Source of the DNA: Octopus vulgaris
Lineage: Eukaryota
Length of the DNA stretch: 64,000 nucleotides
Assembly (NCBI GenBank): GCA_951406725.2
Contig: OX597817.1
Location: 55,676,001-55,740,000, forward strand
Direction of reading: 5' to 3'
The notes below the pieces were generated by a model. That model was not told the DNA's origin. It made no database searches and worked only from the letters and a program-made list of their open reading frames with translations. Shown in pieces: positions 16,856 through 30,403 of the stretch (position 1 is the stretch's first letter; every line of letters starts with the position of its first letter). A program made the position numbers and the translations under genes.

Positions 16856-18352
16856 CGCCTCCTAAATTACTGACGCACCTATGTTACAAATTCTTGTTAG
16901 TATCATTTATTTATCATGAAACTCCGGACAAACCACATAGCATTGTCTGAATGAGATTATCTGCCTTGTGAGTTCAAACCTTGATAGAGGTCTACTTTGT
17001 CCTTCAGCCTCTAAATTCAACAAAAGAACCATTTAAACTACAGGAATCCATACAACCGACTGCTTCCTTTCCAGAGTAACTGAATTCTTGTGTTTATGGT
17101 AAAAATATCTATGATTAAAAGAATGACATTTTTTTTTTCACTGTCAGAATGGTAAGGAAAGGATCTATGAGATTTTTCTGGAACTGTGAAATTACTGAGA
17201 ATGGAAGTTACTCTCAGTCCAGAAGCCTGACTCAAATAGTCGCAACAATGTACATTCGGCGAAAAACGCCGTCAGATGGTGTTACATCATGTCTACCATC
17301 TACGTTATACCTCCCACCCAACAACCACATGAACAATCTCTCCAACGGACTTCCATTAGTTCCTGTCTACCGAATTTCACTCATGGGTCATTAGTTGGCA
17401 CAAAGCAATAGGTTTCACTGGCGCCTGTCCAATAACGGTGCATAGAAATGGCATCATTTGGAACCAAAATGGTCGATGAAAGAGTAGGCATTACGGTCAT
17501 GCGAGACACAGCACACATTTGCCAAATACTTGGTTCTTTGCGGGTTTAAGATTATAAATTCCAGCAGTTATACGTTGATGGTGATTTCGACAAGCAAACT
17601 GAACAAAATTGAACGAAATATAGTGGTCTAAGGTTTGATTTGAATCTAAAACGGCAAGAAACGATATATTCAAGGAATAGATATGCAATATGCTTTAAAT
17701 TTACCTGTCGACCAAAACGTTCATTGCATTTTAAAATGTCGGTTGATGCTGTAAAATGTCTTGTTGGAAACCATCAGTGAAAATTTAATATTCCAGAATG
17801 CAATTAGGTAGCCATGATTCTTACAAGACAAGAATCTATAAAGAGAAACGTTATTTTGAAGAATAGAGACAATACAATCCAAAAGAATAGAGACGCTCAG
17901 AGTTTAGAATGATCATTAGTATCATTTTATATGCATAAACAGAGAAGGTAGATGGCAATACTGTGTTCTTAGAGACAGATCAAACAATGTTGTTTCATGT
18001 TACGATACGCATACCTCTTCAAAAACTGCCCAACTAAATTTAAAGCCTGGTTTAATATATTAAATTTTGAAGAGATAATTCTTCAATGAATATATTATAT
18101 AGAATATCGTAAGATATCAAATATTTTTATCGAGTTAGAAAACTGTATATTCCGAAAATATTCTAACGTGATCCTTATTGTTCTCTCTGAACACCCAGAT
18201 GATTTTCCTTATATGGTATTCAAAATGCAAAATTATATATTTATATAAGTTTTGTAATTGTAATCATATTTGTAAAATGAAACAATTGTTGGTTAATATG
18301 TTGACTAATTAATAAATTAATTTGTATCCATTAGACTCTGCTTTCTAACTCG

Positions 18353-18458
<106 letters not shown>

Positions 18459-18469
18459 TTAATAATAAA

Positions 18470-19024
18470 TGCCCTGATGCAGTACCAGGCAGTGGCTCTC
18501 ATGGCTTCTGATCTTAACTGATTGGAAGGGTTATCATGTACATTGTTTTGTCTTGGTATAAAAGATGGGCTACAGCAAATATTCTGCTCAATACCACAGA
18601 TTTGCTTGTCAGTTGTTTGACCTTAACCAGTTGAGCATGTCCCTTAGTGGCTGACGATATGTGCATCTCTGATCACGAGCAGAAGTAGTGGGGGAGCATC
18701 ATAGCCATGTGTTGAGAAGGATTCTTTGGGGTTTGAATAATTCACCTCTGGAAACATGGGTGTTTCGTTCAACGTCCTTAAACAACCCTTATTCAGGGAC
18801 CTTTTGAGCGGGATGGGTTACTCGATCTGAAGAAACTTCTAACTGGGCTCCACCTGCAAGGTCATGTGCTGTTTATCTTGATATGAGATCACCATGTCGC
18901 GCACATATGGTTGTGATGCATGTGCCTGGTGTACCCTTATCAGACGGGTAGTCATGATGGGTATACTGGTCTTCGTATATTTTACCCCAGTGTCACTTTG
19001 ATGGCATGCTCTGCTCGCTCACTC
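18470..19024. mobile_element. 555-bp non-coding interspersed element in (AAT)n, copy 1
   Basis: Colinear with 45541-46095 (about 20 substitutions by eye, no indels, same ends); flanked by (AAT)n on both sides. Confidence 0.85.
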
Positions 19025-19044
19025 AATAATAATAATAATAATAA

Positions 19045-19100
<56 letters not shown>

Positions 19101-19913
19101 TATATATTAAGTCAGACAAACACACCCACTCACACACAAACAAACATATATATATGCGAATGTGTGAATGAGGTGTATCGTGTGTGTAAACATATATACC
19201 TGCATGCGTGTGTATATTTTTGCCGATATAAACTGTTGATGAATCCTTTTATTTCAAATCATAACTTAGCCATTCGATAAATATGAAGCAATAAAATAAA
19301 TGATTAGACTAAAATGATACATATTAGCGTCGATATGATCATATTAATAAAAGAATGAAATACCTAAAGATGGCGCTCAAACATGACACCAGTCTAATGC
19401 GTAAACGCTTTCATATAACAGAAATATTAAAGACAGGAGCAGAGTTAAAACGGAATCCATTTTTCCTTCTCATTAGTCAACCAAGTTGTTGAACGAATAA
19501 GTAAATATATATGTCTGTTTGCTTGTGTATGTGTGCTTGTGTGTGTGTGTGAGCGGGTGCTTGTGTGTGCGTTAGCATGCGTTGATTGGTTGTGTGACGA
19601 AGGCGTCAGACCTAATATGTTGATGTTAAGTACAGGTACAGATAAAAACTCGTGCAAAACACCGCCAGGTTGATGGACGTACAATAGTTTTAACATCCTG
19701 ACAAACTTACGTCGGTTCTCTTGTTACCAAAACACATACACTCACACTCATACACACAGAAATGCATATTACTATGTATGTATATATATCTGTGTGTGTA
19801 TGTATATCTATACACATATATATGCATACATATAAACATATACAAGTATATATGCCATGTTTACATGTGATGTATATATGTCTATATATACATATACATA
19901 TATACATACATAG

Positions 19914-19955
<42 letters not shown>

Positions 19956-21059
19956 CACTTTGCATGCGTGTATACGTACATTTATATTCATATTTATGTA
20001 CATATGTGTATATATACATGTGCGTGTGTGTGTGTGTGTAAAGGACATTGTTGTCACTCGACTAAGTCTATGTCAATCTAACCACTAAGATGATCAACGC
20101 CATCACCAGCGTCACCCACCACCGCCAACAAGTTCTCACCGCCGTCACCAGCAATACTCGTTATATTATATCACAGCAAAATTCCAATACCTGAAACAAA
20201 GCGATATCCAGTAATAATAACCCCACTATATCTCGTGTGATATTCGATAATGAATACTGTCACGATAATAAAAGCCTGCTAGTGTTATATTATGATATCT
20301 GACTAATAATTACGTATTAATATAACACCGCGATTCTGCTGTTACGAACAGATAAATCTCTAAGTCGGAGACAACTTCGCTCCGAACCAACTTTGCCAAA
20401 CTGCCAATTTGGAAATCTACCAAAAATGCAAATCACTTCATTTCGGAGAACACGCACGAGCACACATTTACGCCCAGGAACACAATCACGCATATATATA
20501 GACATATACGCATGTATATACACAATGTATATATATATATGTGTGTGTGCACATGTGTGTGGGTATATGTAAATATGCATATGTATATATGTGCGTACAT
20601 ACATATGCATATTTGTGTATATATGTGTTCCAAACGTGTGTTTATATATATGCATATTCATACATGCATATATATGTATACATGTGTATCTGTGTGTATA
20701 TATATATATATATATACCTGTATCATGAATTTGCCTGTTTATATATACGTGTGTGTATGAGTGTGTATGCGTACATGCATGTGTGTGTGTATGAGTGTGT
20801 ATGCTTACATGCATGTGTGTGTGTATGAGTGTGTATGCTTACATGTATGTGTGTGTGTATGTTTGCGTTATGCGTCTTAATAAATGGCTATGTGTATGTA
20901 TACATATACAGATCTGTGTATGTGTGTGTTCTTCGTGTATGGGTTTGTAAGTATATATGTACGAATGTGAAATCTGCGAAGATTATTGGTTTTCTTCAGG
21001 AAGAAAATTATCGGTGTCACTGCCAAAGACGGTGAAGTAAATTTTACAGTAGCAGAGCA

Positions 21060-22110
21060 ATTCCACAAGTCTGTTAGTTGGCATGAGTGAAGTTGATAGT
21101 ACAGATACGGGCCGAACAAAACAACATCAGACGTTTCTGGCATTCAAACCAGTTCTTATCAAAAATTAAACGCACTTCTCGAAGACGATGCCTTTTCCGT
21201 ACATAATAACAGTGTGCTGTTAGCTTTGTACACTAGCAATCAACGAACGGCATGTTACCAACAAAAGACTATTGTTAATAACAATGTAGGTTTCACATCT
21301 GGAACGGCCGCAGCCTTATTGAAGCTGTCTTTCTACATATTACCTCGACAACAACCTCTACTGTACTGTCATCTGGTATCTTGTTTATAGCCATACTTCT
21401 TTTCTATCAGATCATCACCCTTTTTGCTAATCGTTGCACCAAATCCGACCCTAATATTAAATCAATCCACTGGAAGTCCATTCTCACTCAAGAGATTTTG
21501 CTGCGTGAATCTACAACCAGATTCTTAACGACGATGGGCGCATGTCGCTTCCACTGAAGCCTTTTCGGTCCAAAGGTTCCTTATTTTCTGAATTAAAATC
21601 TCATTGGGATCAAATTCAACATTCTAGGATGGATAAAATAAAGAACTGATCCAGATTAAGAATTGGTTGAATTATTCAATTGACCGATAAAAATGCCTTG
21701 TGGAATTTTTGGCAAACTGGGGGGGGGGGGAGAAACTTCTCTGTATTTAGCGACAAGATAGTGTTTGTGAATAGACCACGAAGGAGAGCAACAGGAAACG
21801 AACTTTGTATTCCGCAAGGAAAATTCCATGATAAACAAATACTCTTTGTGACGGATGTCAGCATAGTTTCATTCCTCAATCTGATAACCCAAGGAAGATC
21901 ATAGGCAGGAACGGAAAACCATCGATGATCCGAAAGTCAGTGTTATAAAATCTTGAAATATTATTATCCACACAAGAAAGAATGGTTTGATTAAATAGGT
22001 CGGAGATTAACAGGGAACAGAGAGAGGCGTAAGTAAATATCACAAGGCATGTTTGCCCGCCTCTCTGCAACAGATTATTCCAATCCACCGCCATTGTTGA
22101 TCAAATAAAA
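21060..22110 (+). mobile_element. Possible heavily decayed Penelope-like ORF remnant
   Basis: Complex sequence with broken frames; ~21941-22000 reads roughly VI(N)L...LSTQERMV*LNR, like the VINLS...LSxxExxVLxKG motif upstream of Penelope RT. Weak. Confidence 0.3.
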
Positions 22111-22674
22111 TGGTCAATAAACGAAATTAGTATCAGTTGTAAACTCATACTTTATTAACGACAAATACAATAAAATTTCGGCAATGAAAATATAATAGTG
22201 AATAGATTTGCGTGTGTGTGTGTGTATGTGCATTTGTGCTGTTTTACTCCAACAACTACAGGACGTGTTGGAATTATTATTTAGGTTATAAGGATTTCCA
22301 CCCATCTTGGCAAAACTCAGACAGACAAACTAAGCACAAACACTAAGAAGCACACACACTCACACACACAACGCATCGCCCGGGCCGGGAATGGAAACCA
22401 TAATCTTACGATCATGAGTCCAATATCTCAACCACTAACCAATCCGACTCTCCTCAGCAAGTAAGAAACCTCTACAGAATTCTACTGAGGTGCACAACGG
22501 AATATTGTTTCCATTTCAAAAGTGATGTTGCTGATACACACAAGGACACCTTTGACGCATCCACAGAAAAGTCAATCTACACGGGCGTAAAATCACACAC
22601 AACGACATCTTCAACACAGTCGTGCCCGCACCACATTATGTCCTTTTTAAATTCTAATATTGAGCCCTCTGCTC

Positions 22675-22860
22675 AGGTGGTGAGCTGGCGGAATCGTTCG
22701 CACGCCGGGGGTGGGGAATGCTCAGCGGCATTTTGTCCGACTTTACGTTCTGAGTTCAAATTCCACTGACGTCGTGTTTTGCCTTTATATCCATTTCGAG
22801 ATCGATGAAATCGACTTAACACCACCCCGAAATTGCTGGCCTGGTGCCAAAGTTTGAAAC
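22675..22860 (+). mobile_element. SINE family 1, degenerate
   Basis: GGTGAGCTGGCGGAATCGTT head, B-box, alternative tail. Confidence 0.75.
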
Positions 22861-24042
22861 CCTCATCGAGACTTCTGCTGGATGGACAAGTGAGAATTCC
22901 TTTTAATTCCTGGTTTAAAGGTCGATTTGTAATTCGTGTCGCAAACCTTTGGTCACACAAATCCATGATTGGTACGCTCAGCTTGTGATTTTATCGTTTC
23001 ATCATAATGTTTACGAAGAAGGGAACACACCTGGACGCTTTTAGAGTGAGATAGCTTCTTGTATCGATATTTGTGCGAGTTGGTGACTCTTTGTCTTGTT
23101 TACGGCAAAACTCATTTACCTTGAACGTAGTTGATAACTTCAGGCTCTAATTTCGAGGAGTTACTATTTAAAATATTCAAGACTGAAATCAACTCAAGCT
23201 ATATTGACGATGTCTTTCGGCAGACTTTTGGAAACGAACACATATTTCGAAACCAGATATTTGCCTATACGAATTCACGCTGAGTTTGAATAACATGTGA
23301 CGGGTGGCGGGTGGTGAGTGGCAGGTGGGGTGAAAAACCAGATGCTATTTTGGATATGACTAGACTTCGTTTTTTGAATATTTTATTTGCTCTAAACTTA
23401 TAAATTCTTGGTTAGAAAAATACAAGTTCTTTAAAACCATTATTCCCTAAAGCTACATCTTAGTAACTATCTGGTCTGAAAAATGAAATTTTGCCTTAAA
23501 ATATTTTAGGAAATCAGGTACATACACAGACACACGTATGTATGTATGTATGTATGTATGTATGTATGTATGTATGTATGTATGTATGTATGTATGTATG
23601 TATGTATGTACGTACGTTCGTATCTATCTATTTATCCATCTATGTTGGTGCGTACGGAGGTAAGTATGAGTCTAATCATGCACGTTGTAGGTAGGTATGT
23701 GTGTATTCATGTATGTATGTATGTATGTATGTATGCATGTATTAAGGTGTGTATATATGTATATGTGTGCTAGGTTCCAGGTAGGAAGTTGATAGCAATT
23801 TCTGTTGATTTATACATACACACATCCATATATTCGTATATATAAGATTTTCCTTCGCTTCTCAGTAAAGATTATAATGGCTTGTATCAGATTCTAACGT
23901 AACCTCAAAAGAAATAACTCGAAATCATAAAAAAAAGAAGGAACACGGAAAAAGAGAATGAATATAAGTATGGCGGATGCAGGTTTTAGCTTTACGCTAC
24001 AAGGAAAAAACGACAATGATTATATTTGTGGTTAATGTAACG

Positions 24043-24120
<78 letters not shown>

Positions 24121-24685
24121 GTGTGCAGACCTTATATAGATGCATATAAATTTAGAAATGCCTGGGTGGGATTAGGTTTCTATATCTGAGCTGTTATGGG
24201 TCTCTCAGAGAATTTTCATGTAAGATGTCGAATCCGTTAATGCGAAGCTATGTAAATATGTGATATATCTTAATATTGTCTTCTGGCGTAGGTCGATGTC
24301 TAAACGGCTTTCTGTTCGAGATTTTCCTCTGAAAAACCTTCTAAATATAAACCACATCACAGTTATCATGTCCCATGGCATTGTCAGCTAAATCCAGCTT
24401 TGCACAAACTTTTACTTATTCTGTTTTACACATCTATACATACATGCATACATACACAAATACATATATGCATATACGTATATACATATATATTTAACAT
24501 ACTTACATACCTCTGGCAATATATATATGTATATATAAAAGCACGCACACGCATATATGTATACACATATACTCAAATATATGTTTATATTTATATAGTT
24601 ATATATACACTTACGTATGTGCACACTTTATATATATGTATATATATATATATATCTATATGTGTGTGTGTATATATACATATAC

Positions 24686-24721
<36 letters not shown>

Positions 24722-24915
24722 CTGTGTATGTATGTATGTATGTATGTATGTATGTATGTATATGTATAGCTGTGTGCGAGTGTCTGTCAAACGGCATACA
24801 CACTACACAGACAAATAAATGTGTGTGTATATATATATATATATATTGTATATATAAATATATATATTATATATATAAATATATATATATATATACATAT
24901 GTATACATATATATA

Positions 24916-24967
<52 letters not shown>

Positions 24968-25608
24968 CACACACATTTATTTGTCTGTGTCAGGTGTGTA
25001 TTGGCGTCCGTGACTGTATGTGTTATGATATTTCTAGTTTGCACTTACATACACAGACACGCGCACACAAACACACACACGCGCGTGTGCGCATGCACGC
25101 ACATATATAGACACATCCATATATGAGGATGGGATTGTCTTCGTTCATATGTCTCTGTGTGCAAGTATGTGTTGTTTCTTGGGAAGCCTAGCGCCGTCCA
25201 CTAACGCGGTACATCAGAGATGGCAAGAATGAAAGTAAGTTTTCGATGGAGATAAGAAATAAAGATTATAACCCAACAAAGGAAGGGACGGGGGATGGAA
25301 CAATTTAGTGAAATGTGTTGGGGTGGGGGACCGAACTAGAAAGTGAATGAGAATAGGTGTGAGAGAGAATGGAAGGTGTAACAGATTTACAGGTTGAATT
25401 TATTGTGCTTGGCTTCAAGTCATCTCATTGGTTGCTCAGTATCTAGTATATATATAAATATATATATATCTAGTATATATAGTATATATAGTATATATCT
25501 AGTATATATATATATATCTAGTATATCTAGTATATATATATATATATATCTAGTATATATATATATATATCTAGATATATATATATATATATATATATCA
25601 GTATCTAG

Positions 25609-25639
<31 letters not shown>

Positions 25640-25854
25640 GTAGAAATATATCTATATATTCTATCTATGCGTATGCAAAGAAGTATGCGTATACATGCAT
25701 ACATATGTGTATATATGAAAACTTGAATATATCCCAGGCGCGAATGTTGATTAGCGATTTATCTGAAAGCTGGTATCTGAGACACGCGCAATATGTACAG
25801 ATTATAAATTATTCTGATATTAATACATTAAGACTTCCCTATATATACATATAT

Positions 25855-25910
<56 letters not shown>

Positions 25911-25982
25911 GGTTAATCCAAACATGAACAAAGAGTAAATACAACAACACGAGGACGTGGAACAAGTATAGTGTTAGTGGAC

Positions 25983-26340
25983 GCCATGCTGGAGCACCGC
26001 CTTTAATCGAGCAACTCGACCCCGGGACTTATTCTTTGTAAGCCCAGTACTTATTCTATCGGTCTCTTTTGCCGAACCGCTAAGTAACGTGGACATAAAC
26101 ACACCAGCATCGGTTGTCAAGCAATGCTAGGGGGACAAACACAGACACACACACGCATATATATATACATATATACGACGGGCTTCTTTCAGTTTCCGTC
26201 TACCAAATCCACTCACGAGGCTTTGGTCGGCCCGAGGCTATAGTAGAAGACACTTGCCCAATGTGCCACGCAGTGGGACTGAACCCGGAACCATGTGGTT
26301 GGGAAACAAGCTACTTACCACACAGCCACTCCTGCGCCTA
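25983..26340 (-). mobile_element. tRNA-derived SINE family 2 (CORE-like segment, internal microsatellite)
   Basis: Minus strand GGCGCAGGAGTGGCTGTGTGGTAAG (A box)...GGGTTCAGTCCC (B box)...TTGGGCAAGTGTCTTCT...GGCGGTGCTCCAGCATGGC. Related pieces at ~7900-7950, 26980-27110, 33590-33700, 35820-35985 and 53715-53895. Confidence 0.85.
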
Positions 26341-26750
26341 CGTACATGGATATACATACATACTTATAAATATGTATATGCGTTTGTGAGTGTGTGTGAA
26401 ATATTGTTGGGAGAATGTTGTCCGATGACGCCATTACTGTATTTTCACATATGTTATATGTGAGGAGATACGTCTGCCCAATGTGTTTCATCAACGAAAG
26501 GCCTTTTAACGTCAGAATGTACACAAGTGGGTTGAATATGACCGTGCAAGCATGGCGAATTTAGTTTATTTATTCCAGCGTCTTGAATCTTTATGCACGT
26601 CTGTAAATCTTCTGTTTGCCGTCGTTTTGTTAGGGCTGTGAAGGACAGAACCAGTATTCGTAATTGAACCTGCGAAATCATCCATAAGTTTTTATAGTGA
26701 ATACTTATATGCTGATAGATATTTAAGCCCAGAATCAGCTGAGCAAGCTG

Positions 26751-26804
26751 TTCTTGCTGATGACGCTACGGAAATAGGCGAAACTGAATATTCAGTGTAA
26801 GGAA
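26751..26804 (+). ncRNA. Type I hammerhead-ribozyme-like motif (probably decayed)
   Basis: TTCTTG-CTGATGA-C-GCTA-CGGAAA-TAGGC-GAAA-CTGAATATTCAG-TG-TAAGGAA: both core strands and three helices in the correct order, but G at the cleavage position. Confidence 0.6.
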
Positions 26805-27171
26805 TTCTCGATCGGTGTTTTGAGCGATCCACTGTCCCTATAAGCATATGTGTATACAATTATGTGCTTTAACTACAGTATTAGAGCATTTTAGCTCTTA
26901 TTTCTAGCAATACAGATGTTCTAACAGCCTTAGTCACATTTTGTGGCAATTACATATATATACATATTCCTTTATTCATATGACTGCGGTCATGCTGCAT
27001 TACTGCCTTAGTCTTTGTAAGCAAAGTACTTATTCTATCGGTCTCTTATGCCGAACTGCTAAATTACAGGTACATAAACTCACCAATATCGGTTGTCGAG
27101 TGGACAAGCAAAGATACTAACACACACACATATATATATTTATATACATATATATAAATATATATATTATG

Positions 27172-27204
<33 letters not shown>

Positions 27205-27942
27205 GTACAGTACATCAATAGGATAACATAATCTAAGGTTTAAAAAAAATTAATTATGATGAAGATGATGATGATGAGGAGGAGGAGGAGGGGGAGGAGG
27301 GGGATAGTGATGTATATCAACAGCCGCAGCTGCAGCTTCATTATGGACATTATCATTATTTTTATAACGAAGAGCATCGTGAATAGGACATCCGTGTAGC
27401 TGTTTAAAAAAATTAGTGACAAAAAATGTTTCGAAAGCAAGCATCTTGAGGGGTTTCGAACGAAGGGGCTGATTTTATTGACACCTGTTCTTGACTGGAA
27501 CAATATTTTACAAATTTGAATAGGCAATTTGCCATCATTAACAGAATAATTAAGTGCATTGTTGTTAAACCACTGAAGCAGAAGTAGTTTTAAGAAAACC
27601 AAAACGGTTAATCACCGACCAAAAATAATAGCAGCGAAAAGTAGTATCATCATTATGATGCTCGGAGTACGTGGGCAGAAACTAGACTAGATGAAGAATA
27701 GGCGACTAAATATAAGAAGTTACAATTTTTAAGTTTCACGTCGATCTTGTAGTGACGCCTGGTTCCAGACGCCATTTTGGGATTTTTCATCCACGCATGT
27801 GCAGGGATTAGTCGTTCATGACCGATGGGGATCACAAAACAATCCTTGTAAATTGGCAAAACCGCGTCTACGGACTTGCGTCCTACTGATAGTGCAAGTA
27901 TATACACAAATGTGAATACATACACGCATACATAAGCACAGT

Positions 27943-28262
27943 GAGGGCGCGTGGCTTAGTGGTTAGGGCATTCGGCTCATGATCGTAAGGTTGTGAGTTC
28001 GATTCCCGGCGACGCGTTGTGTCCTTGAGCAAGACACTTTATTTCACGTTGCTCCAGTTCACTCAGCTGGCAAAAATGAGTTGTACTTGTATTTCAAAGG
28101 GTCAGCCTTGTCACTCTCTGTGTCACGCTGATTATCCCCGAGAACTACGTTAAGGGTACACGTGTCTGTGGAATGCTCAGCCATTTGCACGTTAATTTCA
28201 CGAGCAAGCTGTTCCGTTGATCGTATCAGCTGGGACCCTCGTCGTCGTAACCGGCGGAGTCT
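27943..28262 (+). mobile_element. tRNA-derived SINE family 3 (CORE-like), full length
   Basis: A box TGGCTTAGTGG, B box GAGTTCGATTCC, then TTGTGTCCTTGAGCAAGACACTT. Head-only copies at ~22370-22450 (-), 30455-30555 and 56006-56085. Confidence 0.85.
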
Positions 28263-28339
28263 TTTTTTTTACATAAGCACACATGTACACTCTGAAACGC
28301 ACACAGCTACATGTATATGGAAAAGTCAGTTTCCTTGTA

Positions 28340-28423
28340 CAGTAATCTTTCGACTATCGCGGGTGTTACGTTCCAAGACCCTCCGCGATAGGTGAAAATC
28401 CGCGAAGCATAAACAGTAATGTA

Positions 28424-28465
<42 letters not shown>

Positions 28466-28586
28466 TATTTTCATAATTTGTTTGTATTTATTTTATTATA
28501 AATGCAAAACAACACCACAGAGGAATCAACATAAGCTGAAATTATAAACCGCGATAGGTGAACTGCGATATGGCGAGGGATTACTG
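28340..28586. mobile_element. Tigger/pogo-like MITE, copy 1
   Basis: TIRs CAGTAATCTTTCGACTATCGCG / CGATATGGCGAGGGATTACTG with TA flanks. Confidence 0.85.
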
Positions 28587-28687
28587 TACTTTCAGTTTAT
28601 CATGGCCGTATGAAAATCCTCTCTTCCCTTTTTGTCCATCTCCTTCATTTTCTCATGTTAAACTTGCTCACTCTATAAAAACATATG

Positions 28688-28920
28688 CAGTAATCCCTCG
28701 ACAATCACGGGTGTTAAGTTCCAAAACATCCCGCGATCGGTTAAAATATCCCAAGTATAAACAGTACTGTAGCGTATATATATATTTTTATTATTTTCCT
28801 AATATATATAAATATTTATTTTATAATAAATGCAAAACAACACCGCAAAGAAAACGACGCGAAAGAAACGAAGTAAGCTTAAATAATACGCCGCGATAGG
28901 TGAACCGCGAGGGATGACTG
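28688..28920. mobile_element. Tigger/pogo-like MITE, copy 2
   Basis: CAGTAATCCCTCG...CGAGGGATGACTG; colinear with copy 1. Confidence 0.83.
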
Positions 28921-29074
28921 TAAATGCATGTATTTTGTATATATATATATATATATGTGCCGATATGTCACTGCTTGACGAATATATCGTTTATGTTATA
29001 TATGCATAGGTGTGCGTGTATACAGCTGCGTGTATATACCTATATGTGCATATATACGTATATACATACATACA

Positions 29075-29113
<39 letters not shown>

Positions 29114-29695
29114 TTGTGTGTGTATGTACTTACGTACGTACGTACGTACGTACATACATACATACATACATACATACATACATACATACATACATACATA
29201 GTGTACTATTCCGTGATGGTAAGATAAACAAAAAAACACACCATCTGCTGCGATAAATATTATTCAATAAACACAGTATATGATTTTATGTGCTACTATT
29301 AATTCCATGTGATGAGAGCATGCCAGACAGGAATTTTTTTTAACACGTGTGATGTCCCAGAACAATCTTCAAGGACTGCCCATATGGCATTTGTGAGAAG
29401 GGGCAGAGTGATTCAAATGCTGAGAGTTCCATGTGTTGGCACGTATCAAACAAGTTCCAGATTGAAGGGTTGTAAATTCAAATACCACTGAAAATAATAT
29501 TTCTTTGAATGATTCTGGGTCAGATTATAAACACAATTACAATATCACGTGGATATTTCATATTTTTCATCTCATTTGCCCGTTATGCCGTTCAATAAGT
29601 AAATACAATAAGTAAATCACCAGACATATATATATTTATATATACATATATATAAATGGATATATATATATATAAATATATATGGATATATATAT

Positions 29696-29753
<58 letters not shown>

Positions 29754-30034
29754 CATATATATATATACATATATACATATATATATACACGCTCTTATCA
29801 GTGGGAGAATAAATAAGTTGGAGATAAACAAAAATATTTATTATTGCTTTTTGTTCACGACAAACTGTCTGTAGTTGATATCACGTGTATAGTTTGTAAT
29901 TTCATTTTCAAACTCACATCTCTGTACACCTGTCGATGTTATTAACCAAATATACGATAGGAAGTGTATATCTTTTTATACATACCATACATATTTCGAA
30001 CATAGTTTCATATTCAGGATCGTATATGAAACTC

Positions 30035-30067
<33 letters not shown>

Positions 30068-30266
30068 GTGTTTATATGTGTGTACCTGTGTGTTCACCAA
30101 TATGTGTGTAACGATGTGATGTGTACTTAAGTTGTACGATAAGAGAATTATTGAAATCTGAAGCAGCCGACGTCGATAATGAACCAGAAAGACCTCCATC
30201 TTAAAAACATATCTAAGAACGACCTCACGTCAGAGCCTCTTAATAAGCTGATACGTAAACAGAAAT

Positions 30267-30403
<137 letters not shown>

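Noticed and set aside
18470-18560. HDV-like or hammerhead ribozyme at the ends of the 555-bp element
   Set aside because: I could only find simple hairpins by eye and could not assemble a nested pseudoknot or a complete hammerhead core; a covariance search is needed.
27945-28015. tRNA-like sequence with A and B boxes
   Set aside because: There is no proper acceptor stem and it continues into a SINE body, so it is a SINE head rather than a tRNA gene.
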